From Calditrichaceae bacterium (GTDB taxonomy: Bacteria; Calditrichota; Calditrichia; Calditrichales; JBFXGD01): a stretch of 21,376 nt of DNA. The position numbers and the translations under genes are program-made. Positions 1 to 8,780 of the stretch are shown here, piece by piece (position 1 is the stretch's first letter; each line of letters starts with the position of its first letter). The stretch covers positions 1 through 21,376 of the forward strand of contig JBFXGD010000051.1 of NCBI GenBank assembly GCA_050178385.1. Reading direction: 5' to 3'. Under the pieces are notes generated by a model. That model made no database searches. It saw only the letters and a list, made by a program, of their open reading frames with translations, and had not been told where the DNA came from.

Positions 1-182
1 TGGAGATCTCAGGCTCAGGTATGGTGGATCCCAAAGTATTTGAATCGGTTGGATACGATTCTGAAAAATATACAGGGTACGCTTTCGGAATGGGAATTGA
101 CAGGATTGCCATGCTGAAATTTGGCATTGATGATATCCGCCTGTTTTTTGAAAATGATTTAAGATTCTTAAGACAATTTTAA
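1..182 (+). CDS. pheS: Phenylalanine-tRNA ligase alpha subunit, C-terminal fragment (5' end outside window)
   Basis: Frame from position 3 reads [59 protein letters not shown], the classic PheS C-terminus; TAA at 180-182; immediately upstream of pheT. Confidence 0.97.
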   Translation, partial: EISGSGMVDPKVFESVGYDSEKYTGYAFGMGIDRIAMLKFGIDDIRLFFENDLRFLRQF

Positions 183-195
183 CGGTATATAAAAA

Positions 196-2577
196 ATGAA
201 ACTTTCTTACGATTGGCTAAAAAAATACATTGATTTTGATTATTCGCCTTCTGAACTGGCTGATAAACTGACAAATCTCGGTATCGAAGTGGAAGAGATT
301 TATACACTGATTCCTGAATTTTCCGGTGTTGTGATCGGACATGTAAAATCAGTTAACAAACACCCGGATGCAGACAAACTTTCTGTTTGTACTGTTTCTG
401 ACGGGGAAGAGGATTTTCAGGTCATCTGCGGAGCGCCGAATGTTGCCGAAGGACAGTTGATTCCATTCGCCAAAGTTGACGCAATGCTGCCCAACGGGAT
501 GAAAATCAGGAAGGCAAAAATTCGCGGTGTGGTCTCTTTCGGAATGATTTGCTCAAAACAGGAACTTGGGCTTGAAGCCGCATCCGAAGGTATCTGGCCG
601 CTTGATGATTCGTTTACAACTGGTGAGGATTTCTACTCGGTACTCGCTAAAAAACAGGATCACATCCTGGATCTGTTTATTACTCCCAATAGACCGGATT
701 GTATGAGTATAGTTGGTATTGCCCGCGAGATTTCTGCTGTCACCGGTAATAAACTTCGACTGCCTGAAATAAATCTGAATGAAAATTCCGCATTAAAGAC
801 AGCGAATCTTGTCTCCATCAATATTCAGTCTACTGACGGCTGTCCAAGATATGCCGCCAGGGTCATAAAAAATGTAAAAATTGATGAAAGCCCGGATTGG
901 ATTAAAGAAAAATTGCAGGCTGTCGGTGTTCGGTCTATCAATAACGTAGTCGATATTACAAATTATGTCTTAATGGAATTGGGGCATCCGCTTCATGCGT
1001 TCGATCTTGACAATATTAAGGGATCCGAAATAAATGTACGGTTCAGTAAACCCCGAGAAAAATTCGTGACTCTTGATGAAAAAGAGCGCGAACTCCCGGA
1101 AAAAACCGTATTGATTTGTGATCAGACCAAAGCGGTGGCAATCGGCGGAATTATGGGAGGTTTAAATTCTGAAGTATCCGATAGTACTGTAAATATTTTG
1201 CTCGAGAGCGCCTATTTCAATCCCGTACGAATTTCAGCATCAAGTAAAAAACTTGGACTGGGAACGGAAGCATCTCAGCGTTTTGAAAGAGGAGCCGATC
1301 CCAATGGCGTTTTGCAGGCATTAAACCGCGCGGCGGCTCTAATATCTGATATAGCCGGCGGAGACATTGCGCGGGGTATTGTGGATGTGTATCCTGAACC
1401 GGTTGAAAAACAGGAAGTGCATTTCCGCCCGGAAAGAGTCAATAGACTGCTTGGATCAAATCTGGAAAATGCGGTTATCATTGAAAAGCTAGAAAGCCTC
1501 GGAATTGTTTACAGCCAAAACAAAGCTGTTATTCCTACTTTCCGTGTTGATTTGCAGAGGGAAGTGGATCTGATCGAAGAAGTGGCAAGACTGGTTAGTT
1601 ATGAAAATTTACCCGTGAATATCACAACAGAAATACCATACGAGACAGACGAATTTACTTCTGAAAACCTTATATCCCAGATGAGAGCCAATTTGATCGA
1701 ATTGGGCTTAAATGAATCCTTTAGCAATAGTATGCTGCCCTCTGATGAGGTTCAACCATTCAGTCAGGGAGAGAATGTCACTATTCTCAATCCTATTAGT
1801 GATGATATGACAACTATGCGTCCGGCATTGTTACCGGGCTTATTGAAAGCCGTTGCTTATAATCAAAATAGAAATATCTCTGATATCCGGTTATTTGAGA
1901 TAGGCAGGGTATTCCGGAATTATAAAAAAGACCGGTTACCTGATCAACCCAAAACAATCGCCGGCGTAATCAGTGGAAAACGCTTTCCGCAAACCTGGAA
2001 TTCTTCAAAGGAATTGGTGGATTTTTACGATATTAAAGGAATTGCGGAGTCGTTTCTGGCGAAAATATTTCTTGACAACTTTCATATTATTTTATATGAT
2101 AAATATGCGTACATGCTCGGTCAGGAAACAATAGCATTTTTGTTTAAAGAACAGATATTTGGATATTGCGGAAGGGTTGACGATCAAATCATTAAATCTT
2201 TTGGAATAAATAATCCTGTTTATGCATTTGAATTTGATGTTGATTTGATAGTAGGGAATTTGAAAACTTCCAAAAAATATGCTCCTGTACCTAAATTTCC
2301 GTATATTGAAGTTGACATGGCGCTGGTTATGGGTGAAGAAATAGGTTCGGCTGATGTGATAAAATTTGTGAGCGAAACGGGCAGACCATTATTGAATCAT
2401 GTGGAAGTGTTTGACGTATATCGAGGGGATAAACTCCCGGAAGCTCAGAAGAGTCTGGCAATTAGGATGCGATTTCAGTCTCCCAAACGTACTTTAAGCG
2501 ATAATGAAGTAGATAAGATTTTCCGTAAAATTATCAGTGAATCAGAGCTAAAATTTAACGCGAAATTGCGAAAGTAA
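196..2577 (+). CDS. pheT: Phenylalanine-tRNA ligase beta subunit
   Basis: 793 aa; MKLSYDWL start, HPDADKL, VICGAPNV, TPNRPDC, GHPLHAFD, RFERGAD, DLIEEVAR, C-terminal FDX-ACB domain (FDVYRG..KSLAIR..RTL); follows pheS. Confidence 0.98.
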   Translation: MKLSYDWLKKYIDFDYSPSELADKLTNLGIEVEEIYTLIPEFSGVVIGHVKSVNKHPDADKLSVCTVSDGEEDFQVICGAPNVAEGQLIPFAKVDAMLPNGMKIRKAKIRGVVSFGMICSKQELGLEAASEGIWPLDDSFTTGEDFYSVLAKKQDHILDLFITPNRPDCMSIVGIAREISAVTGNKLRLPEINLNENSALKTANLVSINIQSTDGCPRYAARVIKNVKIDESPDWIKEKLQAVGVRSINNVVDITNYVLMELGHPLHAFDLDNIKGSEINVRFSKPREKFVTLDEKERELPEKTVLICDQTKAVAIGGIMGGLNSEVSDSTVNILLESAYFNPVRISASSKKLGLGTEASQRFERGADPNGVLQALNRAAALISDIAGGDIARGIVDVYPEPVEKQEVHFRPERVNRLLGSNLENAVIIEKLESLGIVYSQNKAVIPTFRVDLQREVDLIEEVARLVSYENLPVNITTEIPYETDEFTSENLISQMRANLIELGLNESFSNSMLPSDEVQPFSQGENVTILNPISDDMTTMRPALLPGLLKAVAYNQNRNISDIRLFEIGRVFRNYKKDRLPDQPKTIAGVISGKRFPQTWNSSKELVDFYDIKGIAESFLAKIFLDNFHIILYDKYAYMLGQETIAFLFKEQIFGYCGRVDDQIIKSFGINNPVYAFEFDVDLIVGNLKTSKKYAPVPKFPYIEVDMALVMGEEIGSADVIKFVSETGRPLLNHVEVFDVYRGDKLPEAQKSLAIRMRFQSPKRTLSDNEVDKIFRKIISESELKFNAKLRK
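2072..2100 (+). promoter_or_regulatory. Putative sigma70 promoter internal to pheT (TTGACA-N17-TATGAT)
   Basis: Exact -35 TTGACA at 2072-2077, 17-bp AT-rich spacer, -10 TATGAT (5/6 match) at 2095-2100. Confidence 0.65.
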
Positions 2578-2581
2578 TTTT

Positions 2582-2875
2582 ATGAAACTGGATCAGTTTG
2601 ACAGGCTCCAGGAGCTCGTAGAAGACGTTAGTATTAAAATAAGGCAGTTACGTCAAAAAAACGCTCTGCTTGAAAAAGAGAACAAGGAAATTAAAAAAAA
2701 AATACAGGCGATCGAGCAGCTACCGTCATCCGGTGATGAGACGGAAATCATAAAGAATCTTAAAAAAGAGAATGACAGCTTAAAGGAAAAGAACAGAGAG
2801 ATAAAAACTCGATTAAATAAACTTGTTACTCAGTTAGAGTTATACTCTTATAGTAAAAGTGGTGTTGATTCTTAG
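2582..2875 (+). CDS. zapB: ZapB-like coiled-coil cell division protein
   Basis: 97 aa heptad-rich coiled coil; N-terminus MKLDQFDRLQELV resembles ZapB; lies directly upstream of zapA. Confidence 0.65.
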   Translation: MKLDQFDRLQELVEDVSIKIRQLRQKNALLEKENKEIKKKIQAIEQLPSSGDETEIIKNLKKENDSLKEKNREIKTRLNKLVTQLELYSYSKSGVDS

Positions 2876-2892
2876 TAAAAGGAACAATCAGA

Positions 2893-3180
2893 ATGGCTCC
2901 CGGCCAAATTCGAGTAAACATTTTCGGATCCGAATATACTCTCGTTTCTGATAACGATGAAAATTATGTTTATAAAATTGCACAATATGTTGATGAAAAA
3001 ATGCGCGAAACGGATCGCTCGCAGACATTGAAATCACCAATAAAAGTTGCAATTCTTGCGGCTTTAAATTTAGCGGATGAACTTTTTCAGGAGCGGCTAT
3101 ACCGCGAAAAATTACTTGATCAGCTGAATGAAGAGGCAAGAAAAATGAATCGTTCCTTAACTGAGCTCGTTGACGAGTAA
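2893..3180 (+). CDS. zapA: Cell division protein ZapA
   Basis: 95 aa; VNIFGSEYTL, IAQYVDEKMRE, VAILAALNLADELF motifs; followed by 6S RNA. Confidence 0.95.
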   Translation: MAPGQIRVNIFGSEYTLVSDNDENYVYKIAQYVDEKMRETDRSQTLKSPIKVAILAALNLADELFQERLYREKLLDQLNEEARKMNRSLTELVDE

Positions 3181-3200
3181 GGTTATTATTTACTTTTACG

Positions 3201-3375
3201 AAACCCTGTATCTTATACATGGGTCTAAGTAAAGGACCAACACCATTATACTCAGGGAACTAACTCTGAGCGTCAAATGCAGGCCTCCTTCGAGAGGAAG
3301 CGTAAACCGTTCAGGAGGTGCCCATCATGTCGAAAAAGGTTCTTTATCTTTAGATCATGTTTAAGTACAGGGTTT
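3201..3375 (+). ncRNA. ssrS: 6S RNA
   Basis: About 175-nt rod. 5' AAACCCTGTATCTTATACATGGGTCTAAGTAAAGGACC pairs with 3' GGTTCTTTATCTTTAGATCATGTTTAAGTACAGGGTTT; A-rich central bubble; inner stem GGGAAC..CTCTGAGCG / CGTTCAGGAGGTGCCC; apical CCTC-loop-GAGG. Canonical position between zapA and rny. Confidence 0.92.
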
Positions 3376-3441
3376 TTTTATTATCATAAAATTAAGACAG
3401 CAAGCACACCTCCCCGTTAATCGGGATTCTGAGGAGGATCA

Positions 3442-4998
3442 ATGAGCACAATTGTGATTGTACTGGCCGTTTTCGTTAGCATATTGTTTTTTTTCATCGG
3501 CTGGTTCGCGAATACCATACTGGGCAAAAAAAGCCTTTCTGCAGCGCGTCAAACGGCTGAAACAGTACTTCTTGACGCAAAAGCAGAAGCGGAAAACAAT
3601 AAGAAAGAAAAAATCCTTGAGGCTCAGGAAGAACTTTATCTTCTAAAACAAAAACTGGAAGATGAGTTTAAATCAAAGCGAAATTCCTTAAATAAAATCG
3701 AATCGGAATTGGCAAACAAAGAGAATAACCTGGATCGCAAAGCAGACCTGATTTCCAAAAAGGACAGGGAAATTTTCGTGCAACAGCGGGATCTCAAAAA
3801 TAAAGAAAATCAGATCAGGAATCGACAGCAGAAACTTGATCAGATGTGGGATGAAGCCAATAAAAAACTGGAATCCATTTCCGGATTAACAAGGGAAGAA
3901 GCCAGGAAAATCCTGTTAGATAATTTGATCGAAAACGCCAAAAAAGAAGCTTCCGGAAAAGTGTATAAGATCATCGAAGAAGCCACAAGAGAAGCGGAGT
4001 CCAAAGCAAAAAATATCATCATTTCATCGATTCAGCAAATGGCGGCAGATCATGCGGTCGAATCAACCGTCTCCATTGTGACTCTTCCCAGTGATGACAT
4101 GAAAGGGCGTATAATTGGCAGGGAAGGCCGAAATATTCGCGCTTTTGAAACCGTAACCGGCGTGGATGTTATTGTTGACGATACACCTGAAGCAGTAATC
4201 CTCAGCGGATTTGATCCGTACAGGAGAGAACTTGCCCGTATTACGATGGAAAAACTGGTAACGGACGGACGTATTCATCCCGGAAGAATTGAAGAATCCT
4301 ATGAAAAGATAAAGCAGGAAATGCACGAATATTTTAATGAATTGGGTGAACAGGCGTTGCTTGAAACAGGTATTCATGGTTTACATCCTGATCTGGTAAA
4401 TATGCTGGGTAAATTGAGATTTAGAACAAGCTATGGTCAGAATGTCTTACAACACAGTAAAGAGGTTGCCATCATCGCGGGAATCATTGCCGCAGAACTG
4501 GGTCTTGATGAAGTTTTAGCGAAAAGGGCAGGGATATTGCATGATATAGGTCGAGTTGTCGAAAGACATACCGATGGTAATCACAGTAAACTCGGTTACG
4601 AATTTGTTAAAAAATACGGTGAGCATCCGATTGTTTTGAACGCCATCCTGGCGCATCATGGTGACGCCGAAGCTATTTCTCCCATTTCTGTTATCGTCCA
4701 GGTTGCTAACGAAATCAGCAGCTCCAGACCGGGTGCAAGAAGAGAAGTGGTTGAAAACTTTATACAAAGAATGCGTTCCGTAGAAGGAATCGCGGAATCC
4801 TTTGAAGGTGTTAATTCCGCATATGCCATTCAGGCCGGCAAAGAAGTCCGGGTTATCATCGATCATGAAAAAGTAGATGATGCCGTAAGTTTTCAGCTGG
4901 CGAATGACATTGCAAAAAAAATACAAACTGAAATTGATTATCCCGGTCAGATAAAAGTTGTCGTGATTCGTGAATTTCGGTCAGTGGATTTTGCCTGA
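3442..4998 (+). CDS. rny: Ribonuclease Y
   Basis: 518 aa; N-terminal TM helix, coiled coil, KH domain (MKGRIIGREGRNIR), HD domain (SYGQNVLQHS..LHDIG..HHGD), RPGARRE; RBS GAGGAGG. Confidence 0.98.
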   Translation: MSTIVIVLAVFVSILFFFIGWFANTILGKKSLSAARQTAETVLLDAKAEAENNKKEKILEAQEELYLLKQKLEDEFKSKRNSLNKIESELANKENNLDRKADLISKKDREIFVQQRDLKNKENQIRNRQQKLDQMWDEANKKLESISGLTREEARKILLDNLIENAKKEASGKVYKIIEEATREAESKAKNIIISSIQQMAADHAVESTVSIVTLPSDDMKGRIIGREGRNIRAFETVTGVDVIVDDTPEAVILSGFDPYRRELARITMEKLVTDGRIHPGRIEESYEKIKQEMHEYFNELGEQALLETGIHGLHPDLVNMLGKLRFRTSYGQNVLQHSKEVAIIAGIIAAELGLDEVLAKRAGILHDIGRVVERHTDGNHSKLGYEFVKKYGEHPIVLNAILAHHGDAEAISPISVIVQVANEISSSRPGARREVVENFIQRMRSVEGIAESFEGVNSAYAIQAGKEVRVIIDHEKVDDAVSFQLANDIAKKIQTEIDYPGQIKVVVIREFRSVDFA

Positions 4999-5807
4999 TG
5001 ATGAATATTTTATTTGCGGGTGACATTGTCGGGGAAGACGGATTACAATTAGCTCTGGACCTGATTCCAAGAATCAAACATGATTTCAAGATTGATTTTT
5101 GTATTGTAAATGGCGAAAATATACACCAGGGAAAGGGGCTAACCGCAACTTCGGCAAAAAAACTGCGGCAAATTGGAGTTGACGCTATCACCACCGGAAA
5201 TCATGTATGGCAAAAAGAGAGCGAAAAAATTCTGACCGATCAAAAGCTCAGAATACTTCGTCCGGCCAATTATCCTGTGGAAAATGCGGGACTTGGATAT
5301 GGGATTTGGCAATCTGAACAAGGAATACCCGTAGCTGTGGTAAGTTTGCAGGGTAGGAGCTTTATGAATCCTATTGACTGCCCATTCCGAAAAGCAGACG
5401 AAATATTATCTCATATCCGAAAAGAAGCCATGGTGATAGTAGTGGACTTTCACGGAGAAGCGACAGCTGAAAAGCAGGCGCTCGGATGGTATCTGGACGG
5501 AAAAGTTTCCGCGGTTCTGGGGACTCACACACATGTTCAGACAGCAGATGAAAGGCTATTACCGCAGGGTACAGCCTTTATCACTGATGCGGGGATGACA
5601 GGTCCATTTGACAGTGTGATTGGCATGAGAACCGATATAGCAATCAAACGATTTTTGACTCAAACACCGCATTATTATCAGATCGCGAAAAATAATGTGC
5701 GTTTTAATGGCATTGTTGTAAAAATTGATCAGAATTCAGGAAAATCAACCCAAATTCAGAGACTTAACTTTTCAAAGGCAGATTATGGAAAAGGGAAAAA
5801 TTCTTGA
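4998..5807 (+). CDS. ymdB: YmdB-family metallophosphoesterase (2',3'-cyclic nucleotide phosphodiesterase)
   Basis: GDIVG, NGEN, TTGNH, RPANYP, DFHGEATAEK, GTHTHVQTAD, TDAGMTG motifs; TGATG overlap with rny, a conserved pairing. Confidence 0.95.
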   Translation: MMNILFAGDIVGEDGLQLALDLIPRIKHDFKIDFCIVNGENIHQGKGLTATSAKKLRQIGVDAITTGNHVWQKESEKILTDQKLRILRPANYPVENAGLGYGIWQSEQGIPVAVVSLQGRSFMNPIDCPFRKADEILSHIRKEAMVIVVDFHGEATAEKQALGWYLDGKVSAVLGTHTHVQTADERLLPQGTAFITDAGMTGPFDSVIGMRTDIAIKRFLTQTPHYYQIAKNNVRFNGIVVKIDQNSGKSTQIQRLNFSKADYGKGKNS

Positions 5808-6681
5808 CGGGAAATTAGTCGCTCAACATGTCACAGAGCGTGTACATAAACAAATTTCATATCTTAAATCCCATGGGGTAACCCCGGGCCTGGCAGTCGT
5901 AATTGTCGGGGATGATCCGGCTTCTCAAGTTTATGTGAAACGCAAGGGAAAAGCCTCCCAGCAATTGGGAATGCAGTCCGAAACCATTTTTATGAAAAAA
6001 AATACATCCGAATCAGAGCTTCTGTCCCTGATTGATGAACTAAACAAGAACAATGTTTATAACGGAATACTGGTTCAGATGCCCCTCCCTGATCATATCA
6101 GTGAAGAGAAGGTGATTCTGCGGATCAGCCCTGACAAGGATGTTGATTGTTTCCATCCCAGAAATGTGGGTTTAATGGTTGCCGGAACACCATATGTGTT
6201 GCCTTGCACTCCTGCCGGAATCATTGAAATTCTTCAATATTACAACATTCAATCCGAAGGAAAGCACGTTGTTGTGATCGGTCGAAGCAATATTGTTGGT
6301 AAGCCGATGGCGAATTTAATGATGCAAAAAAATAAGAAGGGGAATGCAACCGTAACAATTGTGCACAGCCGAACTGTTGGTATCGAGCAGTACACACATA
6401 CTGCCGACATATTGATCGCTGCTATGGGTTACCCGGAATTTGTTAAAGCGGACATGGTTAAAGACGGAGTCATTGTCATCGATGTTGGTATGAACCGTGT
6501 TGACGCGGATAATGACAGGGGATACCGACTGACAGGTGACGTGGCATTAGAAGAAGTCTCTAAAAAAGCATCCTACATCACGCCGGTCCCCGGCGGAGTG
6601 GGTCCGATGACAATTTCGATGCTGATGAGTAACACAACAATTGCGGCTGCAATGCAAAATGGAATTACACTTCCCGAATAA
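5785..6681 (+). CDS. folD: Bifunctional methylenetetrahydrofolate dehydrogenase/cyclohydrolase
   Basis: ILDGK, VGDDPASQVYV, GILVQMPLP, KDVDCFHP, PCTPAG, GRSNIVGKP, TPVPGGVGPMT. Start moved to the in-frame ATG at 5785 (MEKGKILDGK). Confidence 0.97.
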   Translation: MEKGKILDGKLVAQHVTERVHKQISYLKSHGVTPGLAVVIVGDDPASQVYVKRKGKASQQLGMQSETIFMKKNTSESELLSLIDELNKNNVYNGILVQMPLPDHISEEKVILRISPDKDVDCFHPRNVGLMVAGTPYVLPCTPAGIIEILQYYNIQSEGKHVVVIGRSNIVGKPMANLMMQKNKKGNATVTIVHSRTVGIEQYTHTADILIAAMGYPEFVKADMVKDGVIVIDVGMNRVDADNDRGYRLTGDVALEEVSKKASYITPVPGGVGPMTISMLMSNTTIAAAMQNGITLPE

Positions 6682-7426
6682 CGGTATAAAATTTCTGGCG
6701 GGGATCGCTTCATCAATCGCCAGGGACCATTCCTATAGTTGGTCTAAAACCATCAGTTACGCGCGCGAGCTGAAATTTAATACCGTTCAGTTGTACCTGC
6801 CCGATTTTAAGAATATCAGTAAAGCATATCGTGAAGTTCTTCCGGATATTGAATATTTTAAGGAAGTTTACTTTCATCTTCCTCCCGACAACAAATGTCT
6901 GCGTTATATTCATCCTGACATGAAAAATTGCTTGTTTGTCCAGCATGAACGTTTCATAAACATCGGACTCATGCAAATTATTAGCGATAATGAGGGCTCC
7001 CTCGGAGTAGAAAACGATAATCCCTTAGAAATCAGCACACTCATTAATAGAATTGAGGAAGCGGCAAATCATAATGTTGATGTTCATGCCGTGATTGATC
7101 CATCCAGATATTATCATTATTTTTATTCACATTTATCCATAGAAACTATAACGGCTGAAATTATTGATGTCTTAAAATATTGTTCAACAAATAATATCCC
7201 GGTAATTCTACATATCATTGACCACAACCAATTTAATGCTCACCGCTCAAACTGGACACCATTATTCGAAGGCGTTATTCCCTGGCCAGAAATATTTGAA
7301 TATATTATCCGAAATAGAATCCAGCTGAGATCGGTTATATTTGAATATGAAATTCCTGAACACACCAGGCAATCCATAAATAACCTGATTGATTGGTTTA
7401 ACAATTATCATCAGAATTCATTTTAA
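6659..7426 (+). CDS. Xylose isomerase-like / AP endonuclease family 2 TIM-barrel protein, divergent
   Basis: Strand-end motifs VQLY, FHLP, GVEND, IDPSR, LHIID, H..PLFEGVIPW, IFEYE fit this metal-binding barrel; likely ATG at 6659 overlapping the folD end. Confidence 0.65.
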   Translation: MELHFPNNGIKFLAGIASSIARDHSYSWSKTISYARELKFNTVQLYLPDFKNISKAYREVLPDIEYFKEVYFHLPPDNKCLRYIHPDMKNCLFVQHERFINIGLMQIISDNEGSLGVENDNPLEISTLINRIEEAANHNVDVHAVIDPSRYYHYFYSHLSIETITAEIIDVLKYCSTNNIPVILHIIDHNQFNAHRSNWTPLFEGVIPWPEIFEYIIRNRIQLRSVIFEYEIPEHTRQSINNLIDWFNNYHQNSF

Positions 7427-7485
7427 TGGAAACATTTTGGTTTTAGCTCGGTAAAATACCTAAGAAAGTTAATTTGTGAAGTAAT

Positions 7486-7812
7486 ATGAATACTTTATTT
7501 TATCTGGTTGTAATAGTCGCGGTACTCTTTGTGATTCAGGTGATCGCGTTATTGCGGATGAGGCGCATTATTACTCAGTTGAACCAGTTATTAAGATCCA
7601 TGGGAGTTTTGCAAAAAAGGGGACTAAAAACGAATACGGCCGTCGTTCCTAAAAACTGCAATAACTGTAAGTTCCGTCAAGCATTTATTCGCGTCAATCA
7701 AAGTTATGCATCAGAAGATGAATTCTATTATCGTTGTAAAATTCACCAGATGGAAGTGGCGTTAAATCATTGCTGTGATAAATTTGAACCTGATCCTGCT
7801 GTTTTACAATAA
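7486..7812 (+). CDS. Membrane-anchored small protein with Cys-rich C-terminal domain
   Basis: 108 aa; hydrophobic residues 4-23, then basic RMRR; C58-x2-C61-x22-C84-x11-C96-C97-x2-F. Confidence 0.8.
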   Translation: MNTLFYLVVIVAVLFVIQVIALLRMRRIITQLNQLLRSMGVLQKRGLKTNTAVVPKNCNNCKFRQAFIRVNQSYASEDEFYYRCKIHQMEVALNHCCDKFEPDPAVLQ

Positions 7813-7826
7813 ATAAGCTAATATTA

Positions 7827-7855
7827 TTGCTTATAATATCATACTTCTTTAAACT
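7827..7855 (+). promoter_or_regulatory. Putative sigma70 promoter for DUF58-selD (TTGCTT-N17-TAAACT)
   Basis: -35 at 7827-7832, -10 at 7850-7855, 25 nt upstream of ATG 7881. Confidence 0.5.
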
Positions 7856-7880
7856 AATCAGAAAAACTTACCGGATTTAA

Positions 7881-8780
7881 ATGCAGGATAATTCTTTCAA
7901 TAAATTTCTCGATCCTAAAGTCTTGTCAACAATAAGCAATCTTGAATTGGTTGCCCGGCTTGTTGTTGAAGGATATCTAACAGGGTTACACAAAAGCCCT
8001 TTTCACGGTTTTAGTGTTGAATTTTCGCAACACCGGCCTTACATGTCCGGAGACAGTCTACGATTTGTCGACTGGAAGGTTTACGGACGAACAGATCGTT
8101 TTTATATAAAACAATACGAAGAAGAAACTAATCTTAGATGTTATATTGTACTGGATATTTCCAATTCAATGAATTATGGAAGCGCCGGTATAAAAAAATC
8201 GGAATATGCCACTTATCTGTCCGCGTCTCTCGCTTATCTGATGATGAAACAGCGGGATGCCACCGGCCTTGTCCTTTTTGATGAAAAAATTCGCAAGCTA
8301 CTGCCTCCAAGATCCGTTTTCTCATATCTTAACACGCTGCTTAAGTCGATGGAATCAGCTGCCCCCGGCAAAGATACCAACATCGGTTCGGTTCTCCATC
8401 AGATTGCCGAGAGATTCAACCGCCGTGGTCTTGTCATCCTGATTTCAGATTTGCTGGATGATCCCGTTAAAATTGTAGAAGGTCTGAAACATTTCCGGTA
8501 TAATCAGCACGAAGTGCTTGTGTTTCATATACTTGATGAGCAGGAACAGAGTTTTTCCTTTAGCGGTGATGTATTATTTGAGGACATGGAAAGCGGAGAA
8601 CGCATAAAAACGCAACCCTGGTATATCCGGGAATCTTACAAAGAAAATTTTAGTAAATATCTGGATTATTTTAGACAGGAATTTAGTAATAACAAGATTG
8701 ATTATCAGCTGTTAAACACAAATACTCTTTTTAATAAGGCATTGACGGAATATTTAATCAAAAGAAAAAGAATGAGATAA
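7881..8780 (+). CDS. DUF58 domain (VWA-like, MoxR-associated family) protein
   Basis: G.HKSPFHGFSVEFSQHRPY..GD.LRFVDWKVYGRTD, KQYEEETN, LDISNSM (MIDAS-like), ILISDLL. Confidence 0.93.
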   Translation: MQDNSFNKFLDPKVLSTISNLELVARLVVEGYLTGLHKSPFHGFSVEFSQHRPYMSGDSLRFVDWKVYGRTDRFYIKQYEEETNLRCYIVLDISNSMNYGSAGIKKSEYATYLSASLAYLMMKQRDATGLVLFDEKIRKLLPPRSVFSYLNTLLKSMESAAPGKDTNIGSVLHQIAERFNRRGLVILISDLLDDPVKIVEGLKHFRYNQHEVLVFHILDEQEQSFSFSGDVLFEDMESGERIKTQPWYIRESYKENFSKYLDYFRQEFSNNKIDYQLLNTNTLFNKALTEYLIKRKRMR

